The notes under the pieces were generated by a model. It was not told the DNA's origin. It did no database searches and saw only the letters and a program-made list of their open reading frames with translations. Below are positions 1 to 5,315 of a stretch of DNA of 6,987 nucleotides, piece after piece. How positions within the stretch are numbered: the first letter of the stretch is position 1; each line of letters begins with the position of its first letter. Origin of the DNA: Microcystis aeruginosa NIES-2549 (GTDB taxonomy: Bacteria; Cyanobacteriota; Cyanobacteriia; Cyanobacteriales; Microcystaceae). The stretch is taken from the NCBI RefSeq assembly GCF_000981785.2, contig NZ_CP026286.1, positions 1 to 6,987 on the forward strand, written 5' to 3'. The position numbers and the translations under genes were made by a program.

Positions 1-215
1 GGTGACAAAGGTGACTCGCTATTAAGTAAGTTGTCACCTTTTAAGTTTTCCGTACTGGACGGGTGATTCTCACTCAGTGGGTTAGTAGTTTTTACAGCAA
101 AGTGATTTTTTGAGTCACCTTTGTCACCTTTTAAATTAAAATCCTTATCTGGTAAGGGTTCTAGTGGGGTGACTATGCTGTCACCTTTAGTCACCTTTGA
201 GTCACCTTTGTCACC
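1..215. repeat. GGTGAC/GTCACC(TTT) hexamer-nonamer array, left part (10 exact copies).
   Basis: GGTGAC at 1, 10 and 168. GTCACC at 33, 114, 123, 180, 190, 201 and 210. The run 180/190/201/210 is four tandem GTCACCTTT units spaced 9-11 bp. Inverted-repeat pairs: AAAGGTGAC (7-15) with GTCACCTTT (33-41), and GGTGAC-tatgct-GTCACC (168-185). Confidence 0.9.
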
Positions 216-689
216 TTTTAAGGTTTTGAACTCGATCGAGCGAGAGGTTTTCCTGACTTCCCCGTAACCTTGATCAGCCAATTCCTTGAATATTTCAGCT
301 ATTCGGGTAGTAGGGAAGTCTTGACGGGTTTTGGTGTTAAAAGCCTTTTTCCGTGCGTTATTAGGGCTAATCCAATCGGTAGCTACCGATAGCAGCCTTG
401 CATAGGTGCTAGGTAAGTCATCCGATAACTTCCCATACATCCCCCTCACTTGATTAATAAAAAAGCTTACTAACTCAATAGCCGCGTTAACGATTTCCTT
501 ACCAATCTCTATCGATGGTGTAATACCGTGAAATAGGGAGTTAATGAGATGAAGGTTTAAAGCCAAGCGTCCGATCAGCCCTCTCGCTTTAATTAGCACA
601 TTTCTCATTGCCGGGCGCTGTTCACCATCGGCTAATGATTTAAGTCTGTTAGCAGCCTTAAGGAATCCGTGCCGGTCTCGATAAATCAT
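1..689 (-). CDS. C-terminal continuation of the primase-helicase (DUF3987-type C-terminal region plus KGD-repeat tail). It is in the +1 frame relative to 658..2697 and is partial, running off the left edge.
   Basis: Hand translation of the minus strand (codons 689-687, 686-684 ... 5-3) gives MIYRDRHGFLKAANRLKSLADGEQRPAMRNVLIKARGLIGRLALNLHLINSLFHGITPSIEIGKEIVNAAIELVSFFINQVRGMYGKLSDDLPSTYARLLSVATDWISPNNARKKAFNTKTRQDFPTTRIAEIFKELADQGYGEVRKTSRSIEFKTLKGDKGDSKVTKGDSIVTPLEPLPDKDFNLKGDKGDSKNHFAVKTTNPLSENHPSSTENLKGDNLLNSESPLS. There is no stop in these 229 codons. The frame is open from 731 and the first ATG is at 689. It is absent from the supplied ORF track, presumably because it has no stop inside the window. 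Confidence 0.6.
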   Translation of the reverse strand, partial: MIYRDRHGFLKAANRLKSLADGEQRPAMRNVLIKARGLIGRLALNLHLINSLFHGITPSIEIGKEIVNAAIELVSFFINQVRGMYGKLSDDLPSTYARLLSVATDWISPNNARKKAFNTKTRQDFPTTRIAEIFKELADQGYGEVRKTSRSIEFKTLKGDKGDSKVTKGDSIVTPLEPLPDKDFNLKGDKGDSKNHFAVKTTNPLSENHPSSTENLKGDNLLNSESPLS

Positions 690-2613
690 AAGTAGCCACT
701 GGCAAGCGATCGAAATGTCGATATAAATCTGTCAGCATCGGTGTTAAATCCGGGTAAGCCGCGTCAATATCAAGATCAAGGGTTGAGGGGGGAAGCTGAC
801 AAAAAATGAATCGCGCCCATTGGCCGCTGCTATCTTCCTTATCGCCTAACAGTTTCTCTAGCACCCCGGGTTGAATCGTGCCATAAATGCTTAAAAGAAT
901 TTTCCGACATACTAACGTTTTGTCGGGGTCGGCCCGGAGTGTAATCGGTGGGGTCCCATCAAAATATTCTAGAATGTCCTCGCTGTCAGACCCACGGCCT
1001 CCCCGGTACTGGTTAGCACTCTTGAATAAACCGGCGATTTCATCTCGGAAAAGTAACATCCCCTTATCTTGGCTATTAGCTGCATAACGCGCTATCCCCT
1101 CACCAGTTCCCCCGCTAAAATACCTGATCCGCCGGGTAGGTTTGGTCGGTGGTCCATCGGGGAATGAATCGCTTAAATCATCTTTGTTCTTTGATTTTTT
1201 GAGCATCTCATAGTTGGCTAGAGAGGACTTATGCTCACTTAGCTTCGCTTCATAGTCCTGATCATCCAATTCGATTAGTGACTTAAGAGGATCGGCAATC
1301 ATGGCACGGCCGATAATGCTTTTTCCTTCCCCCGATAACGCGACTATGGCTGCGTACAAGTTGGGGGGAACCTTCCAGTTGGTTTGAGGGTATAGGCTTA
1401 AGGCAGTGTCCGGGTGAAGGGTTGATGATAAGCCACTGAGTAACGCGGTTAAATAAGCCTCACCCCTCAATCCTGTTAGTCTGGCATGGTGATTAATAGC
1501 GTTAGCTAATTTTTCAGGGAGTACCTTAGTAAGATCAAGCCGTTGGCTGTCAGCTTTTAGGATATTTTCGAGGTCGCTGTAAAGGTCATCCTTGTCAAGG
1601 TTTTGGTCATTTTCTTGTAACCTCTCTTTATATATAGAGGTTACTTGCTGTTGTGTTAGATTGAATTCCCTTGCAATCGAAGCGAGTTTTATTTCACGAT
1701 TGGAACCGGTGAGGTTCTCAGTTATCAGACTATCGATAACTTCCCCTAGTTTGTCGGTTTCGAGTGGTTTAGGGTTGAATTTGGGATGACTGACTACATT
1801 GTTAGGTTTATCCGTTTTTTGCGGTTTAAGAGGCTTTTTCTCACCGATTCCCTTGATAATGTCTTCTTTGTTGGCCCCTTCATCTATCCAATCTTTCAGA
1901 TCAGCCCCCCTTGATTCTGGCAAGTGGTTCCATAAGGGGGAATCTGGGAAACAGTAAAGCCATTGGGCATTGGGGAAGTCCTTAGCTATAGCCTCGCAGT
2001 GTTTCAAGCCGGGAACATCTCGATCCGGACATAAAATCACGCTGGCCCCTTCTAAGTCTTTACTATCTGTCTCTCGCCATTTTCCCGAACCGGCTAGGTT
2101 ACAGGTTGCCGGCAGTCCCAATGACCATAGAAGATCGGCCTTACCCTCACCCTCAACGATAAAAATACTTTCCCCGTTGGCGATCGCTTGCTTGACTCCC
2201 TTGTATCGATAAATAGGTATATTTTCCCGCTTAATTTCGCCTAACCCCTTAACCCATTGTTTACCGTCCCAATGCTGCTGATAAAAGTCTTTTTTGCCGT
2301 TACCGTCATCTTTTCTTACTACTCTGATTAAGGGATTACCATCGCGATCAGGATAGTAATAATGGGTAGTTTTAGCCGGGCGTGGGGGTTTAGCCCATGT
2401 TTCCTTTTCCTTAATAGGCGCGTAATAGGAGTGACCTTCACTATCGGCCCCATCGGTTTTATACCATCCCGGTGCGGGTTCATGGTTACGCTTGCATACT
2501 GATAAATCGCCGATCGAGTAACACCAGTCAGGTTTCCCACAGTGGGGGCATGGGTTATCTTTGGTGACAGTGACTAGACTTTTCCCGTTGGTTTCGCTAT
2601 ACTTGCTGTACAT
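658..2613 (-). CDS. Replication protein: N-terminal zinc finger, Toprim (DnaG-like) primase and DUF3987-type helicase/NTPase, ended by a stop at 658-660. The track ORF starts at 2697; the ATG at 2613 is preferred.
   Basis: Zn motif: CPHCGKPDWCYSIGDLSVCKR. Toprim: IFIVEGEGKADLL ... ILCPDRDVPGLKH (conserved E and DxD). DUF3987-like: LPEKLANAI..., Walker-A-like ALSGEGKS, LLFRDEIAGLF...YFDG. The ATG at 2611-2613 is preceded by TAAGGAcattactaca, an AAGGA Shine-Dalgarno that overlaps the stop of the upstream ORF. The 2697 start would overlap that ORF by 71 nt and would translate through a terminator hairpin. Confidence 0.9.
   Translation of the reverse strand: MYSKYSETNGKSLVTVTKDNPCPHCGKPDWCYSIGDLSVCKRNHEPAPGWYKTDGADSEGHSYYAPIKEKETWAKPPRPAKTTHYYYPDRDGNPLIRVVRKDDGNGKKDFYQQHWDGKQWVKGLGEIKRENIPIYRYKGVKQAIANGESIFIVEGEGKADLLWSLGLPATCNLAGSGKWRETDSKDLEGASVILCPDRDVPGLKHCEAIAKDFPNAQWLYCFPDSPLWNHLPESRGADLKDWIDEGANKEDIIKGIGEKKPLKPQKTDKPNNVVSHPKFNPKPLETDKLGEVIDSLITENLTGSNREIKLASIAREFNLTQQQVTSIYKERLQENDQNLDKDDLYSDLENILKADSQRLDLTKVLPEKLANAINHHARLTGLRGEAYLTALLSGLSSTLHPDTALSLYPQTNWKVPPNLYAAIVALSGEGKSIIGRAMIADPLKSLIELDDQDYEAKLSEHKSSLANYEMLKKSKNKDDLSDSFPDGPPTKPTRRIRYFSGGTGEGIARYAANSQDKGMLLFRDEIAGLFKSANQYRGGRGSDSEDILEYFDGTPPITLRADPDKTLVCRKILLSIYGTIQPGVLEKLLGDKEDSSGQWARFIFCQLPPSTLDLDIDAAYPDLTPMLTDLYRHFDRLPVATYDLSRPARIP
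2575..2603 (+). promoter_or_regulatory. Candidate sigma70-type promoter (TAGACT-N17-TATACT) that could drive a ~70-nt RNA antisense to the rep start.
   Basis: TAGACT lies at 2575-2580 and TATACT at 2598-2603, with a 17-nt spacer. The terminator hairpin begins about 40 nt downstream of the predicted start site. This rests on motif matching only. Confidence 0.3.
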
Positions 2614-2626
2614 TGTAGTAATGTCC

Positions 2627-3064
2627 TTAATTTTCAAAAAGTACGAAACCACAGCGATCGTTAGTCGCTGTGGTTTTTTGGTTGTTTTGAGAGGCATTGC
2701 CGGGGATACCGACGGTATCCCCCCGATACAGATTTAAAGCGGCGATCGCATCCTGATCAAGATGCCCGGCACCTTCTAAAATTTCTAAGGCTTTTGTTAA
2801 TTCCCCTTGGGCGATCGAGCGCCTCAACCCGTCCGGTCTTTTCTTTTTATGAGTGAGTTTTGCGAAGATTCCACAGTCCCGGCACTGATAGAGAGACCTA
2901 ATCGGGCCAGACTCGATTAATTCCCCTAAATTTTCGCACCTAGGGCATTTTACCGATGATTCTAGATTGTGATATGATTTATCACAATGACCATCGATTG
3001 ATAAATCTTTTTTGTCGGTTGAGCAAACTTGATGAAGTTTGCTAAAGTTTGATAGATTGTACAT
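2627..3064 (-). CDS. Zinc-ribbon protein of unknown function, first gene of the rep transcription unit.
   Basis: 145-aa ORF with an ATG start. It has CPRC...(17 aa)...CRDC plus upstream C/H residues (CSTD, HCDKSYH). Its last ~17 codons are encoded by the 2646-2676 hairpin. Its TAA stop lies 13 nt before the rep ATG at 2613. Confidence 0.6.
   Translation of the reverse strand: MYNLSNFSKLHQVCSTDKKDLSIDGHCDKSYHNLESSVKCPRCENLGELIESGPIRSLYQCRDCGIFAKLTHKKKRPDGLRRSIAQGELTKALEILEGAGHLDQDAIAALNLYRGDTVGIPGNASQNNQKTTATNDRCGFVLFEN
2646..2689 (+). terminator. Strong stem-loop with a T-run on the plus strand (an intrinsic terminator facing into the rep leader). It is weaker but also terminator-like on the minus strand.
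   Basis: aaaccacagcga (2646-2657) pairs perfectly with tcgctgtggttt (2665-2676), with a 7-nt loop tcgttag. On the plus strand it is followed by ttttttggttgtttt. On the minus strand the stem is followed by tttcgtacttttt. Confidence 0.65.
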
Positions 3065-3201
3065 AAGTTTATGAATTTGTTTTCCCAGGAACGCTAGTAA
3101 CGTTATCTGGGGATTTTTATATTTTATACTAACCGTATGGGAAAAGTTTATAAGTGCAAAATCCCTGCTATGGTAGTTTGATCATAAAGGGATTCCTATC
3201 A

Positions 3202-3232
3202 AGTCAAAACCGCAATTGTTTCGGTTTTGACT
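3202..3232. repeat. Perfect 11-bp-stem inverted repeat in the intergenic region upstream of the rep unit.
   Basis: agtcaaaaccg (3202-3212) and cggttttgact (3222-3232) are separated by a 9-nt loop. No T-run follows on either strand, so it is not a canonical terminator. Confidence 0.8.
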
Positions 3233-3276
3233 GATACTTGATAACTGATAACCGTTAACTGGAATTAACCGCTAAG

Positions 3277-3501
3277 TTAGTCGCTAAACTCGTTATCGAA
3301 TAACTCCCTTAGCACTTCATTTGCTCGGTTTTGAAACCTTTTAGCCTTTTCCTCGTTGCCAAACTTTGCTACGGGTAGGGCTAAAAAGCCCAAAAACCCC
3401 TGTTTAAACTGCCATTCAACGTCATACAATCGATCGCCATTTTTGTTTTGGGTAAAGTACCGTGTATCAGTCAGAATTGCCGCAATTTCGTGTTTTTCCA
3501 T
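3277..3501 (-). CDS. Small hypothetical protein (74 aa from the ATG at 3501; the track ORF begins at a TTG at 3540).
   Basis: AGGAG sits 7 nt upstream of the ATG at 3499-3501 (minus strand reads aggagtaaaaagATG). The TTG-extended version would be translated from the intercistronic hairpin. The sequence MEKHEIAAILTDTRYFTQNKNGDRLYDVEWQFKQGF... matches no family I recognise. Confidence 0.5.
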   Translation of the reverse strand: MEKHEIAAILTDTRYFTQNKNGDRLYDVEWQFKQGFLGFLALPVAKFGNEEKAKRFQNRANEVLRELFDNEFSD

Positions 3502-3519
3502 CTTTTTACTCCTGTTTAG

Positions 3520-3538
3520 GAGGGGAATTAATCCCCTC
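3520..3538 (-). other. Intercistronic 7-bp-stem hairpin between the 169-aa and 74-aa genes.
   Basis: gagggga-attaa-tcccctc lies in the 44-nt gap between the stop at 3546 and the start at 3501. Confidence 0.6.
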
Positions 3539-3545
3539 AATAGTG

Positions 3546-4055
3546 TTAGATGTTGAATCGCTTCTGAGTAGCGATAAACAAGCTTGTAGCGACTTGCCGG
3601 CGATCATCCGGGGTAATATTCTCTACCCGTTGGTCAACGGTTTTTAAGCAGAAATTGAACAGATCAGCCATATCCCCAACATATTGCGCGATTTCTCGCT
3701 TCTGATTAGGCGATAAGGTTGATTGGTCATTTTGGGAAGGTTTCTCGCTGGTTTCCTCGATTTTATGGTTAAAATTGTGAACGGGTTTTACCGGAACCGG
3801 TTCCACTGGTAGGGGTTGACCTAAACTGACTAAATTAGGGTCTTCTACTAGCGAATATTTACCCTTATTGTCAAGGGTTAAGGTCAAGCGAGCGTTCTTA
3901 ATCACATACTTTTGAGAGTAATCATCGTCACCACCGCGCCACACGGTCACTTTTTCCCCGTTATCACGTCTTACCGCGTCAATTACGGTTCTCTCGCCGT
4001 ATTTAGTGTTAACGCGCCGGGCGCGGTCTGTGGCCATTGCTTCGATTAGTTGCAT
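3546..4055 (-). CDS. Hypothetical protein with a possible N-terminal OB-fold-like domain, a Pro-rich linker and a helical C-terminal domain.
   Basis: 169-aa ORF with an ATG start; AAGGA lies 13 nt upstream. The N-terminus RARRVNTKYGERTVIDAVRRDNGEKVTVWRGGDD...ARLTLTLDNKGKYSLVE has the alternating beta pattern typical of OB folds. This is by eye only; no family is recognised. Confidence 0.55.
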   Translation of the reverse strand: MQLIEAMATDRARRVNTKYGERTVIDAVRRDNGEKVTVWRGGDDDYSQKYVIKNARLTLTLDNKGKYSLVEDPNLVSLGQPLPVEPVPVKPVHNFNHKIEETSEKPSQNDQSTLSPNQKREIAQYVGDMADLFNFCLKTVDQRVENITPDDRRQVATSLFIATQKRFNI

Positions 4056-4139
4056 AATAGAGATATCCTTTTTGGATGTTAGGCGATCGCTTTTTGATTG
4101 GAAGTCTGGGAGCGGTCGCTTTTGGTTTATATGTATATA

Positions 4140-4288
4140 TTATCCGATACTCTATCAGATTGCAATACCTATGCGATTAAACTATCTGATAAGTAAACGA
4201 TAATAATATCAGATATTCTAATAGGATATTTATCGGAGTTAGTGATAGTATGAATGTAAACCCGATAATATATCTGATATAGTTATTT
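4140..4288. promoter_or_regulatory. AT-rich divergent promoter/operator region with four TATC-N-GAT(A) pseudo-palindromes and GATAAT(A)ATATC boxes.
   Basis: CTATCAGAT at 4152-4160, CTATCTGAT at 4182-4190, ATATCAGATAT at 4206-4216, and ATATCTGATAT at 4270-4280 (the reverse complement of the third site). GATAATAATATCA at 4199-4211 and GATAATATATC at 4264-4274. The region lies between the divergent starts at 4055 (-) and 4289 (+). Confidence 0.6.
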
Positions 4289-4600
4289 ATGCCTAAAATT
4301 AACGATAACGTTGTCCGGGTTGACTTCCGGTGTCCGATCGCAATTTACCAAGCGATCGAGAAATTAGCAGAGGAAAATGGGCAGCCGATCCACCACATAA
4401 GTGGAAAAGTACAGATAAGCAGTACCATCATTGACTTATTAAAAACAGGGTTAGCAATTCACGCCCCGGACTCCCTACCCCAATCGAATGGGGGGAATTT
4501 AGCCGATAAGCTATCAGAAAAAATCGATGACGCGATCGAGGCTAAAATGAACGCGGCGATCGCTTCCCTTCGCGCTGAATTACTAACACCTAACACCTAA
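4289..4600 (+). CDS. Ribbon-helix-helix (CopG/Arc/MetJ-like) DNA-binding protein with a C-terminal helical tail.
   Basis: VVRVDFRCPIAIYQAIEKLAEENG...ISSTIIDLLKTGL fits a beta-strand, helix, helix layout. The gene sits next to palindromic operators and is followed by a terminator. Confidence 0.6.
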   Translation: MPKINDNVVRVDFRCPIAIYQAIEKLAEENGQPIHHISGKVQISSTIIDLLKTGLAIHAPDSLPQSNGGNLADKLSEKIDDAIEAKMNAAIASLRAELLTPNT

Positions 4601-4613
4601 CCCTTAATCTCCT

Positions 4614-4641
4614 ACCCGTGAAGTGAACCCCACGGGTTTTT
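4614..4641 (+). terminator. Rho-independent terminator after the RHH gene.
   Basis: acccgtg (4614-4620) pairs with cacgggt (4631-4637), with a 10-nt loop, and runs into ttttt (4637-4641). Confidence 0.6.
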
Positions 4642-4677
4642 AAGCGTCGGTCACTTGGTAATTCTGAAACTTTACCA

Positions 4678-5226
4678 ATGAAGCGCGATCGCAACGGACA
4701 AGCCAAAATCCTTACTGACAGCGAAGTATCAGCTATATTTAGCCTTTTAAGTGCTAGAGATAGGGCTATTTTCGCTATCTGTCTTTATGGCGCGTGTAGA
4801 ATCTCTGAGGCCTTGTCGATTAGAGCGGGGGATATAGCCAATGGCGTAATCATTCTCAGGAAAAATTCGACTAAAGGAAAAAAGGGAACGCGATCGCTAC
4901 CTATTTCTCCCAATCTCGAAAAAATTCTCAATGATTACATCGACTCGATCGCTTTCCCCGGTGACTTCCTTTTTCCCGGTAGGGACGGCACTAAACCCTT
5001 AACCACTGCCTACGCTGATCTGGTATTAAGGGAATCTTGCCAAAAATTGGGACTTAAGGGTATATCGACTCACTCATTCCGTAGGACCGCGTTAACCCGT
5101 ATGCACTTAGCAGGGGTCCCACTGCGAACTATTCAGCGAATTAGTGGGCATTCATCCCTAGCGGCCCTATCGGTTTATCTGGAAGTGAGTAACCAAAACC
5201 TTATCGATGCTGTGGGATTGATTTAA
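4678..5226 (+). CDS. Tyrosine recombinase (phage-integrase family), catalytic domain only (182 aa).
   Basis: Catalytic residues are readable: R in GACRISEAL, K in STKGKKGTRSLPI, HxxR in THSFRRT, then GHSSLAALSVYLE (H...Y). An in-frame TGA at 4624 rules out a longer N-terminus, so there is no core-binding domain. Confidence 0.88.
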   Translation: MKRDRNGQAKILTDSEVSAIFSLLSARDRAIFAICLYGACRISEALSIRAGDIANGVIILRKNSTKGKKGTRSLPISPNLEKILNDYIDSIAFPGDFLFPGRDGTKPLTTAYADLVLRESCQKLGLKGISTHSFRRTALTRMHLAGVPLRTIQRISGHSSLAALSVYLEVSNQNLIDAVGLI

Positions 5227-5259
5227 TGCGATCAAGTGCCAATTCTCAAAGTGTCACAG

Positions 5260-5315
5260 TTAGATGGTTACATCTAAACTAATTAGATGATAATAATATC
5301 ATCCAAGATTAGATG
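5260..5315. promoter_or_regulatory. Upstream region of the 288-aa gene, with TTAGATG boxes and two inverted repeats.
   Basis: TTAGATG-gtta-CATCTAA at 5260-5277. TTAGATG at 5283-5289 and 5309-5315. GATGATA-ataa-TATCATC at 5287-5304, which contains the shared box GATAATAATATCA (5289-5301). Confidence 0.6.

Noticed and set aside
1-215. CRISPR array as an explanation for the short-repeat regions (also 6880..6987 and 5260..5638).
   Set aside because: The repeat units are 6-9 bp at 9-12 bp spacing, with no 25-40 bp repeats or unique spacers. There are mixed orientations and no cas genes.
887-2212. Plus-strand ORFs 887..1087, 1592..1789 and 1970..2212 from the track.
   Set aside because: They lie entirely antisense to the well-supported primase-helicase CDS. 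They are short, Ser/Leu/Arg-rich and motif-free, which is typical of shadow ORFs.
2328-2540. Minus-strand 70-aa ORF in an alternative frame inside rep.
   Set aside because: It is nested out of frame within the conserved Zn-finger/primase N-terminal region. There is no independent start context or recognisable motif.
2614-2697. 28-codon N-terminal extension of rep (track start at 2697).
   Set aside because: It would overlap the zinc-ribbon ORF by 71 nt and be translated from the terminator hairpin. The ATG at 2613 has a proper AAGGA site. The extension is kept only as an alternative.
3356-3647. Plus-strand ORFs 3356..3556 and 3462..3647.
   Set aside because: They are antisense to the 74-aa and 169-aa genes and span their intergenic hairpin. 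Their composition is low-complexity and hydrophobic, and there are no signals.
4006-4203. Plus-strand 65-aa ORF across the divergent promoter region.
   Set aside because: It starts inside the 169-aa gene on the opposite strand and runs through the AT-rich operator region. It is most likely a by-product of base composition.
4583-4603. Three tandem heptamers CTAACAC-CTAACAC-CTAACCC across the stop codon of the RHH gene.
   Set aside because: There are only about three copies, they do not recur elsewhere, and they sit just before the terminator. That is not enough to call a binding array.
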